Positions 10,882 to 25,800 of a stretch of 64,000 nucleotides of DNA are shown in pieces. The first letter of the stretch is position 1, and each line of letters starts with the position of its first letter. Made by a program: the position numbers and the translations under genes. The notes below the pieces were generated by a model. That model searched no databases, had not been told where the DNA came from, and was given only the letters and a program-made list of their open reading frames with translations. The DNA is from Auanema rhodensis (taxonomy: Eukaryota > Animalia > Nematoda). The stretch spans positions 21,018,001 through 21,082,000 of the forward strand of contig OZ059897.1 of assembly GCA_964057225.1 (NCBI GenBank), read 5' to 3'.

Positions 10882-12987
10882 AAGTAGATGTTTTTAGATT
10901 TGATTTTTCAAGGCAAAGACGATGGACAATGTTATTCAACGAAAAAATTAATTCTTCAGGGTGAAAATCGAGGATATAAGTGTGAACATATATCAGTTGA
11001 TATCTCGGTGCATTTTTAAGCTAGCGCAAATCTGATAACACAGATCGACGCAGCTTAAAAATCCGCATCGAATGCACTATACTACATTGAGAAAAGCTTG
11101 ATACAAAAATTAGTTATGATCGTTTGAAAAATGATGCATTAGTGTATGTTGAGTTTCCATGTACACTCAACATTGCTTCCAAAAACATTTTGACAAAAAT
11201 TTTTTCGAAAAATTTCAAAATAATTTAGCAAAAAGTAGATGTTTTTAGATTCCTTTTTTCAAGGCAAAGACGATGGACAATGTTATTCAACGAAAAAATT
11301 ATTTCTTCAGGGTGAAAATCGAGGATATAAGTGTGAACTTATATCAGTTGATATCTCGGTGCATTTTTAAGCTAGCGCAAATCTGATAACACAGATCGAC
11401 GCAGCTTAAAAATCCGCATCGAATGCACTATACTACATTGAAAAACGCTTGATACAAAAATTAGTTATGATCGTTTGAAAAATGATGCATTAGTGTATGT
11501 TGAGTTTCCATGTACACTCAACATTGCTTCCAAAAACATTTTGACAAAAATTTTTTCGAAAAATTTCAAAATAATTTAGCAAAAAGTAGATGTTTTTAGA
11601 TTCCTTTTTTCAAGGCAAAGACGATGGACAATGTTATTCAACGAAAAAATTATTTCTTCAGGGTGAAAATCGAGGATATAAGAGTGAACTTATATCAGTT
11701 GATATCTCGGTGCATTTTTAAGCTAGCGCAAATCTGATAACACAGATCGACGCAGCTCAAAAATCCGCATCGAATGCACTATACTACATTGAGAAACGCT
11801 TAATACAAAAATTAGTTATGATCGTTTGAAAAATGATGCATTAGTGTATGTTGAGTTTCCATGTACACTCAACATTGCTTCCAAAAACATTTTGACAAAA
11901 ATTTTTTCGAAAAATTTCAAAATAATTTAGCAAAAAGTAGATGTTTTTAGATTCCTTTTTTCAAGGCAAAGACGATGGACAATGTTATTCAACGAAAAAA
12001 TTAATTCTTCAGGGTGAAAATCGAGGATATAAGTGTGAACATATATCAGTTGATATCTCGGTGCATTTTTAAGCTAGCGCAAATCTGATAACACAGATCG
12101 ACGCAGCTTAAAAATCCGCATCGAATGCACTATACTACATTGAGAAAAGCTTGATACAAAAATTAGTTATGATCGTTTGAAAAATGATGCATTAGTGTAT
12201 GTTGAGTTTCCATGTACACTCAACATTGCTTCCAAAAACATTTTGACAAAAATTTTTTCGAAAAATTTCAAAATAATTTAGCAAAAAGTAGATGTTTTTA
12301 GATTCCTTTTTTCAAGGCAAAGACGATGGACAATGTTATTCAACGAAAAAATTATTTCTTCAGGGTGAAAATCGAGGATATAAGTGTGAACTTATATCAG
12401 TTGATATCTCGGTGCATTTTTAAGCTAGCGCAAATCTGATAACACAGATCGACGCAGCTTAAAAATCCGCATCGAATGCACTATACTACATTGAAAAACG
12501 CTTGATACAAAAATTAGTTATGATCGTTTGAAAAATGATGCATTAGTGTATGTTGAGTTTCCATGTACACTCAACATTGCTTCCAAAAACATTTTGACAA
12601 AAATTTTTTCGAAAAATTTCAAAATAATTTAGCAAAAAGTAGATGTTTTTAGATTCCTTTTTTCAAGGCAAAGACGATGGACAATGTTATTCAACGAAAA
12701 AATTATTTCTTCAGGGTGAAAATCGAGGATATAAGAGTGAACTTATATCAGTTGATATCTCGGTGCATTTTTAAGCTAGCGCAAATCTGATAACACAGAT
12801 CGACGCAGCTTAAAAATCCGCATCGAATGCACTATACTACATTGAGAAACGCTTAATACAAAAATTAGTTATGATCGTTTGAAAAATGATGCATTAGTGT
12901 ATGTTGAGTTTCCATGTACACTCAACATTGCTTCCAAAAACATTTTGACAAAAATTTTTTCGAAAAATTTCAAAATAATTTAGCAAA
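10882..12987 (+). repeat. 3-monomer (1053-bp) local duplication (M32-34, M35-37)
   Basis: Private GAACATATA + GAAAAGCTTGA in M32 and M35, AAGAGTGA in M34 and M37. Confidence 0.85.
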
Positions 12988-15093
12988 AAGTAGATGTTTT
13001 TAGATTCCTTTTTTCAAGGCAAAGACGATGGACAATGTTATTCAACGAAAAAATTATTTCTTCAGGGTGAAAATCGAGGATATAAGTGTGAACTTATATC
13101 AGTTGATATCTCGGTGCATTTTTAAGCTAGCGCAAATCTGATAACACAGATCGACGCAGCTTAAAAATCCGCATCGAATGCACTATACTACATTGAGAAA
13201 CGCTTAATACAAAAATTAGTTATGATCGTTTGAAAAATGATGCATTAGTGTATGTTGAGTTTCCATGTACACTCAACATTGCTTCCAAAAACATTTTGAC
13301 AAAAATTTTTTCGAAAAATTTCAAAATAATTTAGCAAAAAGTAGATGTTTTTAGATTCCTTTTTTCAAGGCAAAGACGATGGACAATGTTATTCAACGAA
13401 AAAATTATTTCTTCAGGGTGAAAATCGAGGATATAAGTGTGAACTTATATCAGTTGATATCTCGGTGCATTTTTAAGCTAGCGCAAATCTGATAACACAG
13501 ATCGACGCAGCTTAAAAATCCGCATCGAATGCACTATACTACATTGAAAAACGCTTGATACAAAAATTAGTTATGATCGTTTGAAAAATGATGCATTAGT
13601 GTATGTTGAGTTTCCATGTACACTCAACATTGCTTCCAAAAACATTTTGACAAAAATTTTTTCGAAAAATTTCAAAATAATTTAGCAAAAAGTAGATGTT
13701 TTTAGATTCCTTTTTTCAAGGCAAAGACGATGGACAATGTTATTCAACGAAAAAATTATTTCTTCAGGGTGAAAATCGAGGATATAAGAGTGAACTTATA
13801 TCAGTTGATATCTCGGTGCATTTTTAAGCTAGCGCAAATCTGATAACACAGATCGACGCAGCTTAAAAATCCGCATCGAATGCACTATACTACATTGAGA
13901 AACGCTTAATACAAAAATTATTTATGATCGTTTGAAAAATGATGCATTAGTGTATGTTGAGTTTCCATGTACACTCAACATTGCTTCCAAAAACATTTTG
14001 ACAAAAATTTTTTCGAAAAATTTCAAAATAATTTAGCAAAAAGTAGATGTTTTTAGATTCCTTTTTTCAAGGCAAAGACGATGGACAATGTTATTCAACG
14101 AAAAAATTATTTCTTCAGGGTGAAAATCGAGGATATAAGTGTGAACTTATATCAGTTGATATCTCGGTGCATTTTTAAGCTAGCGCAAATCTGATAACAC
14201 AGATCGACGCAGCTTAAAAATCCGCATCGAATGCACTATATTACATTGAGAAACACTTGATACAAAAATTAGTTATGATCGTTTGAAAAATGATGCATTA
14301 GTGTATGTTGAGTTTCCATGTACACTCAACATTGCTTCCAAAAACATTTTGACAAAAATTTTTTCGAAAAATTTCAAAATAATTTAGCAAAAAGTAGATG
14401 TTTTAAGATTCCATTTTTCAAGGCAAAGACGATGGACAATGTTATTCAACGAAAAAATTAATTCTTCAGGGTGAAAATCGAGGATATAAGTGTGAACTTA
14501 TATCAGTTGATATCTCGGTGCATTTTTAAGCTAGCGCAAATCTGATAACACAGATCGACGCAGCTTAAAAATCCGCATCGAATGCACTATATTACATTGA
14601 GAAACACTTGATACAAAAATTAGTTATGATCGTTTGAAAAATGATGCATTAGTGTATGTTGAGTTTCCATGTACACTCAACATTGCTTCCAAAAACATTT
14701 TGACAAAAATTTTTTCGAAAAATTTCAAAATAATTTAGCAAAAAGTAGATGTTTTTAGATTCCCTTTTTCAAGGCAAAGACGATAGACAATGTTATTCAA
14801 CGAAAAAATTAATTCTTCAGGGTGAAAATCGAGGATATAAGTGTGAACTTATATCAGTTGATATCTCGGTGCATTTTTAAGCTAGCGCAAATCTGATAAC
14901 ACAGATCGACGCAGCTTAAAAATCCGCATCGAATGCACTATACTACATTGAGAAACGCTTGATACAAAAATTAGTTATGATCGTTTGAAAAATGATGCAT
15001 TAGTGTATGTTGAGTTTCCATGTACACTCAACATTGCTTCCAAAAACATTTTGACAAAAATTTTTTCGAAAAATTTCAAAATAATTTAGCAAA

Positions 15094-18000
15094 AAGTAGA
15101 TGTTTTAAGATTCCATTTTTCAAGGCTAAGACGATGGACAATGTTATTCAACGAAAAAATTAATTCTTCAGGGTGAAAATCGAGGATATAAGTGTGAACT
15201 TATATCAGTTGATATCTCGGTGCATTTTTAAGCTAGCTCAAATCTGATAACACAGATCGACGCAGCTTAAAAATCCGCATCGAATGCACTATACTACATT
15301 GAGAAACGCTTAATACAAAAATTAGTTATGATCGTTTGAAAAATGATGCATTAGTGTATGTTGAGTTTCCATGTACACTCAACATTGCTTCCAAAAACAT
15401 TTTGACAAAAATTTTTTCGAAAAATTTCAAAATAATTTAGCAAAAAGTAGATGTTTTTAGATTCCATTTTTCAAGGCAAAGACGATAGACAATGTTATTC
15501 AACGAAAAAATTAATTCTTCAGGGTGAAAATCGAGGATATAAGTGTGAACTTATATCAGTTGATATCTCGGTGCATTTTTAAGCTAGCGCAAATCTGATA
15601 ACACAGATCGACGCAGCTTAAAAATCCGCATCGAATGCACTATACTACATTGAGAAACGCTTAATACAAAAATTAGTTATGATCGTTTGAAAAATGATGC
15701 ATTAGTGTATGTTGAGTTTCCATGTACACTCAACATTGCTTCCAAAAACATTTTGACAAAAATTTTTTCGAAAAATTTCAAAATAATTTACCAAAAAGTA
15801 GATGTTTTTAGATTCCATTTTTCAAGGCAAAGACGATAGACAATGTTATTCAACGAAAAAGTTAATTCTTCAGGGTGAAAATCGAGGATATAAGTGTGAA
15901 CTTATATCAGTTGATATCTCGGTGCATTTTTAAGCTAGCGCAAATCTGATAACACAGATCTACGCAGCTTAAAAATCCGCATCGAATGCACTATATTACA
16001 TTGAGAAACACTTGATACAAAAATTAGTTATGATCGTTTGAAAAATGATGCATTAGTGTATGTTGAGTTTCCATGTACACTCAACATTGCTTCCAAAAAC
16101 ATTTTGACAAAAATTTTTTCGAAAAATTTCAAAATAATTTAGCAAAAAGTAAATGTTTTAAGATTCCATTTTTTAAGGCAAAGACGATGGACAATGTTAT
16201 TCAACGAAAAAATTAATTCTTCAGGGTGAAAATCGAGGATATAAGTGTGAACTTATATCAGTTGATATCTCGGTGCATTTTTAAGCTAGCGCAAATCTGA
16301 TAACACAGATCGACGCAGCTTAAAAATCCGCATCGAATGCACTATACTACATTGAGAAACACTTGATACAAAAATTAGTTATGATCGTTTGAAAAATGAT
16401 GCATTAGTGTATGTTGAGTTTCCATGTACACTCAACATTGCTTCCAAAAACATTTTGACAAAAATTTTTTCGAAAAATTTCAAAATAATTTAGCAAAAAG
16501 TAGATGTTTTAAGATTCCATTTTTCAAGGCAAAGACGATGGACAATGTTATTCAACGAAAAAATTAATTCTTCAGGGTGAAAATCGAGGATATAAGTGTG
16601 AACTTATATCAGTTGATATCTCGGTGCATTTTTAAGCTAGCGCAAATCTGATAACACAGATCGACGCAGCTTAAAAATCCGCATCGAATGCACTATATTA
16701 CATTGAGAAACACTTGATACAAAAATTAGTTATGATCGTTTGAAAAATGATGCATTAGTGTATGTTGAGTTTCCATGTACACTCAACATTGCTTCCAAAA
16801 ACATTTTGACAAAAATTTTTTCGAAAAATTTCAAAATAATTTAGCAAAAAGTAGATGTTTTAAGATTCCATTTTTCAAGGCTAAGACGATGGACAATGTT
16901 ATTCAACGAAAAAATTAATTCTTCAGGGTGAAAATCGAGGATATAAGTGTGAACTTATATCAGTTGATATCTCGGTGCATTTTTAAGCTAGCTCAAATCT
17001 GATAACACAGATCGACGCAGCTTAAAAATCCGCATCGAATGCACTATACTACATTGAGAAACGCTTAATACAAAAATTAGTTATGATCGTTTGAAAAATG
17101 ATGCATTAGTGTATGTTGAGTTTCCATGTACACTCAACATTGCTTCCAAAAACATTTTGACAAAAATTTTTTCGAAAAATTTCAAAATAATTTAGCAAAA
17201 AGTAGATGTTTTTAGATTCCATTTTTCAAGGCAAAGACGATAGACAATGTTATTCAACGAAAAAATTAATTCTTCAGGGTGAAAATCGAGGATATAAGTG
17301 TGAACTTATATCAGTTGATATCTCGGTGCATTTTTAAGCTAGCGCAAATCTGATAACACAGATCGACGCAGCTTAAAAATCCGCATCGAATGCACTATAC
17401 TACATTGAGAAACGCTTAATACAAAAATTAGTTATGATCGTTTGAAAAATGATGCATTAGTGTATGTTGAGTTTCCATGTACACTCAACATTGCTTCCAA
17501 AAACATTTTGACAAAAATTTTTTCGAAAAATTTCAAAATAATTTACCAAAAAGTAGATGTTTTTAGATTCCATTTTTCAAGGCAAAGACGATAGACAATG
17601 TTATTCAACGAAAAAGTTAATTCTTCAGGGTGAAAATCGAGGATATAAGTGTGAACTTATATCAGTTGATATCTCGGTGCATTTTTAAGCTAGCGCAAAT
17701 CTGATAACACAGATCTACGCAGCTTAAAAATCCGCATCGAATGCACTATATTACATTGAGAAACACTTGATACAAAAATTAGTTATGATCGTTTGAAAAA
17801 TGATGCATTAGTGTATGTTGAGTTTCCATGTACACTCAACATTGCTTCCAAAAACATTTTGACAAAAATTTTTTCGAAAAATTTCAAAATAATTTAGCAA
17901 AAAGTAAATGTTTTAAGATTCCATTTTTCAAGGCAAAGACGATGGACAATGTTATTCAACGAAAAAATTAATTCTTCAGGGTGAAAATCGAGGATATAAG

Positions 18001-20358
18001 TGTGAACTTATATCAGTTGATATCTCGGTGCATTTTTAAGCTAGCGCAAATCTGATAACACAGATCGACGCAGCTTAAAAATCCGCATCGAATGCACTAT
18101 ACTACATTGAGAAACACTTGATACAAAAATTAGTTATGATCGTTTGAAAAATGATGCATTAGTGTATGTTGAGTTTCCATGTACACTCAACATTGCTTCC
18201 AAAAACATTTTGACAAAAATTTTTTCGAAAAATTTCAAAATAATTTAGCAAAAAGTAGATGTTTTAAGATTCCATTTTTCAAGGCAAAGACGATGGACAA
18301 TGTTATTCAACGAAAAAATTAATTCTTCAGGGTGAAAATCGAGGATATAAGTGTGAACTTATATCAGTTGATATCTCGGTGCATTTTTAAGCTAGCGCAA
18401 ATCTGATAACACAGATCGACGCAGCTTAAAAATCCGCATCGAATGCACTATATTACATTGAGAAACACTTGATACAAAAATTAGTTATGATCGTTTGAAA
18501 AATGATGCATTAGTGTATGTTGAGTTTCCATGTACACTCAACATTGCTTCCAAAAACATTTTGACAAAAATTTTTTCGAAAAATTTCAAAATAATTTAGC
18601 AAAAAGTAGATGTTTTAAGATTCCATTTTTCAAGGCTAAGACGATGGACAATGTTATTCAACGAAAAAATTAATTCTTCAGGGTGAAAATCGAGGATATA
18701 AGTGTGAACTTATATCAGTTGATATCTCGGTGCATTTTTAAGCTAGCTCAAATCTGATAACACAGATCGACGCAGCTTAAAAATCCGCATCGAATGCACT
18801 ATACTACATTGAGAAACGCTTAATACAAAAATTAGTTATGATCGTTTGAAAAATGATGCATTAGTGTATGTTGAGTTTCCATGTACACTCAACATTGCTT
18901 CCAAAAACATTTTGACAAAAATTTTTTCGAAAAATTTCAAAATAATTTAGCAAAAAGTAGATGTTTTTAGATTCCATTTTTCAAGGCAAAGACGATAGAC
19001 AATGTTATTCAACGAAAAAATTAATTCTTCAGGGTGAAAATCGAGGATATAAGTGTGAACTTATATCAGTTGATATCTCGGTGCATTTTTAAGCTAGCTC
19101 AAATCTGATAACACAGATCGACGCAGCTTAAAAATCCGCATCGAATGCACTATACTACATTGAGAAACGCTTAATACAAAAATTAGTTATGATCGTTTGA
19201 AAAATGATGCATTAGTGCATGTTGAGTTTCCATGTACACTCAACATTGCTTCCAAAAACATTTTGACAAAAATTTTTTCGAAAAATTTCAAAATAATTTA
19301 GCAAAAAGTAGATGTTTTTAGATTCCATTTTTCAAGGCAAAGACGATAGACAATGTTATTCAACGAAAAAATTAATTCTTCAGGGTGAAAATCGAGGATA
19401 TAAGTGTGAACTTATATCAGTTGATATCTCGGTGCATTTTTAAGCTAGCGCAAATCTGATAACACAGATCGACGCAGCTTAAAAATCCGCATCGAATGCA
19501 CTATACTACATTGAGAAACGCTTAATACAAAAATTAGTTATGATCGTTTGAAAAATGATGCATTAGTGTATGTTGAGTTTCCATGTACACTCAACATTGC
19601 TTCCAAAAACATTTTGACAAAAATTTTTTCGAAAAATTTCAAAATAATTTACCAAAAAGTAGATGTTTTTAGATTCCATTTTTCAAGGCAAAGACGATAG
19701 ACAATGTTATTCAACGAAAAAGTTAATTCTTCAGGGTGAAAATCGAGGATATAAGTGTGAACTTATATCAGTTGATATCTCGGTGCATTTTTAAGCTAGC
19801 GCAAATCTGATAACACAGATCTACGCAGCTTAAAAATCCGCATCGAATGCACTATATTACATTGAGAAACACTTGATACAAAAATTAGTTATGATCGTTT
19901 GAAAAATGATGCATTAGTGTATGTTGAGTTTCCATGTACACTCAACATTGCTTCCAAAAACATTTTGACAAAAATTTTTTCGAAAAATTTCAAAATAATT
20001 TAGCAAAAAGTAGATGTTTTAAGATTCCATTTTTCAAGGCAAAGACGATGGACAATGTTATTCAACGAAAAAATTAATTCTTCAGGGTGAAAATCGAGGA
20101 TATAAGTGTGAACTTATATCAGTTGATATCTCGGTGCATTTTCAAGCTAGCGCAAATCTGATAACACAGATCGACGCAGCTTAAAAATCCGCATCGAATG
20201 CACTATACTACATTGAGAAACACTTGATACAAAAATTAGTTATGATCGTTTGAAAAATGATGCATTAGTGTATGTTGAGTTTCCATGTACACTCAACATT
20301 GCTTCCAAAAACATTTTGACAAAAATTTTTTCGAAAAATTTCAAAATAATTTAGCAAA
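15094..20358 (+). repeat. Same 5-monomer HOR, about 3 copies (M44-48, M49-53, M54-58, the last with extra hybrid monomer M55)
   Basis: GGCTAAG monomers start at 15094, 16849 and 18604 (spacing 1755), followed by the same ordered variants as M1-5. Confidence 0.88.
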
Positions 20359-21762
20359 AAGTAGATGTTTTAAGATTCCATTTTTCAAGGCAAAGACGAT
20401 GGACAATGTTATTCAACGAAAAAATTAATTCTTCAGGGTGAAAATCGAGGATATAAGTGTGAACTTATATCAGTTGATATCTCGGTGCATTTTTAAGCTA
20501 GCGCAAATCTGATAACACAGATCGACGCAGCTTAAAAATCCGCATCGAATGCACTATACTACATTAAGAAACGCTTGATACAAAAATTAGTTATGATCGT
20601 TTGAAAAATGATGCATTAGTGTATGTTGAGTTTCCATGTACACTCAACATTGCTTCCAAAAACATTTTGACAAAAATTTTTTCGAAAAATTTCAAAATAA
20701 TTTAGCAAAAAGTAGATGTTTTTAGATTCCATTTTTCAAGGCAAAGACGATAGACAATGTTATTCAACGAAAAAATTAATTTTTCAGGGTGAAAATCGAG
20801 GATATAAGTGTGAACTTATATCAGTTGATATCTCGGTGCATTTTTAAGCTAGCGCAAATCTGATAACACAGATCGACGCAGCTTAAAAATCCGCATCGAA
20901 TGCACTATATTACATTGAGAAACACTTGATACAAAAATTAGTTATGATCGTTTGAAAAATGATGCATTAGTGTATGTTGAGTTTCCATGTACACTCAACA
21001 TTGCTTCCAAAAACATTTTGACAAAAATTTTTTCGAAAAATTTCAAAATAATTTAGCAAAAAGTAGATGTTTTTAGATTCCTGTTTTCAAGGCAAAGACG
21101 ATGGACAATGTTATTCAACGAAAAAATTAATTCTTCAGGGTGAAAATCGAGGATATAAGTGTGAACTTATATCAGTTGATATCTCGGTGCATTTTTAAGC
21201 TAGCGCAAATCTGAAAACACAGATCGACGCAGCTTAAAAATCCGCATCGAATGCACTATACTACATTGAGAAAAACTTAATACAAAAATTAGTTATGATC
21301 GTTTGAAAAATGATGCATTAGTGTATGTTGAGTTTCCATGTACACTCAACATTGCTTCCAAAAACATTTTGACAAAAATTTTTTCGAAAAATTTCAAAAT
21401 AATTTAGCAAAAAGTAGATGTTTTTAGATTCCATTTTTCAAGGCAAAGACGATGGACAATGTTATTCAACGAAAAAATTGATTCTTCAGGGTGAAAATCG
21501 AGGATATAAGTGTGAACTTATATCAGTTGATATCTCGGTGCATTTTTAAGCTAGCGCAAATCTGATAACACAGATCGACGCAGCTTAAAAATCCGCATCG
21601 AATGCACTATACTACATTGAGAAAAGCTTAATACAAAAATTAGTTATGATCGTTTGAAAAATGATGCATTAATGTATGTTGAGTTTCCATGTACACTCAA
21701 CATTGCTTCCAAAAACATTTTGACAAAAATTTTTTCGAAAAATTTCAAAATAATTTAGCAAA

Positions 21763-24700
21763 AAGTAGATGTTTTAAGATTCCATTTTTCAAGGCAAAGA
21801 CGATGGACAATGTTATTCAACGAAAAAATTAATTCTTCAGGGTGAAAATCGAGGATATAAGTGTGAACTTATATCAGTTGATATCTCGGTGCATTTTTAA
21901 GCTAGCGCAAATCTGATAACACAGATCGACGCAGCTTAAAAATCCGCATCGAATGCACTATACTACATTAAGAAACGCTTGATACAAAAATTAGTTATGA
22001 TCGTTTGAAAAATGATGCATTAGTGTATGTTGAGTTTCCATGTACACTCAACATTGCTTCCAAAAACATTTTGACAAAAATTTTTTCGAAAAATTTCAAA
22101 ATAATTTAGCAAAAAGTAGATGTTTTTAGATTCCATTTTTCAAGGCAAAGACGATAGACAATGTTATTCAACGAAAAAATTAATTCTTCAGGGTGAAAAT
22201 CGAGGATATAAGTGTGAACTTATATCAGTTGATATCTCGGTGCATTTTTAAGCTAGCGCAAATCTGATAACACAGATCGACGCAGCTTAAAAATCCGCAT
22301 CGAATGCACTATATTACATTGAGAAACACTTGATACAAAAATTAGTTATGATTGTTTGAAAAATGATGCATTAGTGTATGTTGAGTTTCCATGTACACTC
22401 AACATTGCTTCCAAAAACATTTTGACAAAAATTTTTTCGAAAAATTTCAAAATAATTTAGCAAAAAGTAGATGTTTTAAGATTCCATTTTTCAAGGCAAA
22501 GACGATGGACAATGTTATTCAACGAAAAAATTAATTCTTCAGGGTGAAAATCGAGGATATAAGTGTGAACTTATATCAGTTGATATCTCGGTGCATTTTT
22601 AAGCTAGCGCAAATCTGATAACACAGATCGACGCAGCTTAAAAATCCGCATCGAATGCACTATACTACATTGAGAAACGCTTAATACAAAAATTAGTTAT
22701 GATCGTTTGAAAAATGATGCATTAGTGTATGTTGAGTTTCCATGTACACTCAACATTGCTTCCAAAAACATTTTGACAAAAATTTTTTCGAAAAATTTCA
22801 AAATAATTTAGCAAAAAGTAGATGTTTTTAGATTCCATTTTTCAAGGCAAAGACGATAGACAATGTTATTCAACGAAAAAATTAATTCTTCAGGGTGAAA
22901 ATCGAGGATATAAGTGTGAACTTATATCAGTTGATATCTCGGTGCATTTTTAAGCTAGCGCAAATCTGATAACACAGATCGACGCAGCTTAAAAATCCGC
23001 ATCGAATGCACTATACTACATTGAGAAACGCTTAATACAAAAATTAGTTATGATCGTTTGAAAAATGATGCATTAGTGTATGTTGAGTTTCCATGTACAC
23101 TCAACATTGCTTCCAAAAACATTTTGACAAAAATTTTTTCGAAAAATTTCAAAATAATTTACCAAAAAGTAGATGTTTTTAGATTCCATTTTTCAAGGCA
23201 AAGACGATAGACAATGTTATTCAACGAAAAAGTTAATTCTTCAGGGTGAAAATCGAGGATATAAGTGTGAACTTATATCAGTTGATATCTCGGTGCATTT
23301 TTAAGCTAGCGCAAATCTGATAACACAGATCTACGCAGCTTAAAAATCCGCATCGAATGCACTATATTACATTGAGAAACACTTGATACAAAAATTAGTT
23401 ATGATCGTTTGAAAAATGATGCATTAGTGTATGTTGAGTTTCCATGTACACTCAACATTGCTTCCAAAAACATTTTGACAAAAATTTTTTCGAAAAATTT
23501 CAAAATAATTTAGCAAAAAGTAAATGTTTTAAGATTCCATTTTTCAAGGCAAAGACGATGGACAATGTTATTCAACGAAAAAATTAATTCTTCAGGGTGA
23601 AAATCGAGGATATAAGTGTGAACTTATATCAGTTGATATCTCGGTGCATTTTTAAGCTAGCGCAAATCTGATAACACAGATCGACGCAGCTTAAAAATCC
23701 GCATCGAATGCACTATACTACATTGAGAAAAGCTTAATACAAAAATTAGTTATGATCGTTTGAAAAATGATGCATTAGTGTATGTTGAGTTTCCATGTAC
23801 ACTCAACATTGCTTCCAAAAACATTTTGACAAAAATTTTTTCGAAAAATTTCAAAATAATTTAGCAAAAAGTAGATGTTTTAAGATTCCATTTTTCAAGG
23901 CAAAGACGATGGACAATGTTATTCAACGAAAAAATTAATTCTTCAGGGTGAAAATCGAGGATATAAGTGTGAACTTATATCAGTTGATATCTCGGTGCAT
24001 TTTTAAGCTAGCGCAAATCTGATAACACAGATCGACGCAGCTTAAAAATCCGCATCGAATGCACTATACTACATTAAGAAACGCTTGATACAAAAATTAG
24101 TTATGATCGTTTGAAAAATGATGCATTAGTGTATGTTGAGTTTCCATGTACACTCAACATTGCTTCCAAAAACATTTTGACAAAAATTTTTTCGAAAAAT
24201 TTCAAAATAATTTAGCAAAAAGTAGATGTTTTTAGATTCCATTTTTCAAGGCAAAGACGATAGACAATGTTATTCAACGAAAAAATTAATTCTTCAGGGT
24301 GAAAATCGAGGATATAAGTGTGAACTTATATCAGTTGATATCTCGGTGCATTTTTAAGCTAGCGCAAATCTGATAACACAGATCGACGCAGCTTAAAAAT
24401 CCGCATCGAATGCACTATATTACATTGAGAAACACTTGATACAAAAATTAGTTATGATTGTTTGAAAAATGATGCATTAGTGTATGTTGAGTTTCCATGT
24501 ACACTCAACATTGCTTCCAAAAACATTTTGACAAAAATTTTTTCGAAAAATTTCAAAATAATTTAGCAAAAAGTAGATGTTTTAAGATTCCATTTTTCAA
24601 GGCAAAGACGATGGACAATGTTATTCAACGAAAAAATTAATTCTTCAGGGTGAAAATCGAGGATATAAGTGTGAACTTATATCAGTTGATATCTCGGTGC

Positions 24701-25800
24701 ATTTTTAAGCTAGCGCAAATCTGATAACACAGATCGACGCAGCTTAAAAATCCGCAGCGAATGCACTATACTACATTGAGAAACGCTTAATACAAAAATT
24801 AGTTATGATCGTTTGAAAAATGATGCATTAGTGTATGTTGAGTTTCCATGTACACTCAACATTGCTTCCAAAAACATTTTGACAAAAATTTTTTCGAAAA
24901 ATTTCAAAATAATTTAGCAAAAAGTAGATGTTTTTAGATTCCATTTTTCAAGGCAAAGACGATAGACAATGTTATTCAACGAAAAAATTAATTCTTCAGG
25001 GTGAAAATCGAGGATATAAGTGTGAACTTATATCAGTTGATATCTCGGTGCATTTTTAAGCTAGCGCAAATCTGATAACACAGATCGACGCAGCTTAAAA
25101 ATCCGCATCGAATGCACTATACTACATTGAGAAACGCTTAATACAAAAATTAGTTATGATCGTTTGAAAAATGATGCATTAGTGTATGTTGAGTTTCCAT
25201 GTACACTCAACATTGCTTCCAAAAACATTTTGACAAAAATTTTTTCGAAAAATTTCAAAATAATTTACCAAAAAGTAGATGTTTTTAGATTCCATTTTTC
25301 AAGGCAAAGACGATAGACAATGTTATTCAACGAAAAAGTTAATTCTTCAGGGTGAAAATCGAGGATATAAGTGTGAACTTATATCAGTTGATATCTCGGT
25401 GCATTTTTAAGCTAGCGCAAATCTGATAACACAGATCTACGCAGCTTAAAAATCCGCATCGAATGCACTATATTACATTGAGAAACACTTGATACAAAAA
25501 TTAGTTATGATCGTTTGAAAAATGATGCATTAGTGTATGTTGAGTTTCCATGTACACTCAACATTGCTTCCAAAAACATTTTGACAAAAATTTTTTCGAA
25601 AAATTTCAAAATAATTTAGCAAAAAGTAAATGTTTTAAGATTCCATTTTTCAAGGCAAAGACGATGGACAATGTTATTCAACGAAAAAATTAATTCTTCA
25701 GGGTGAAAATCGAGGATATAAGTGTGAACTTATATCAGTTGATATCTCGGTGCATTTTTAAGCTAGCGCAAATCTGATAACACAGATCGACGCAGCTTAA
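21763..25800 (+). repeat. 6-monomer (2106-bp) duplication (M63-68, M69-74)
   Basis: GATTGTTT in M64 and M70, TTTACC in M66 and M72, GATCTAC in M67 and M73, GTAAATG in M68 and M74. Confidence 0.85.
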
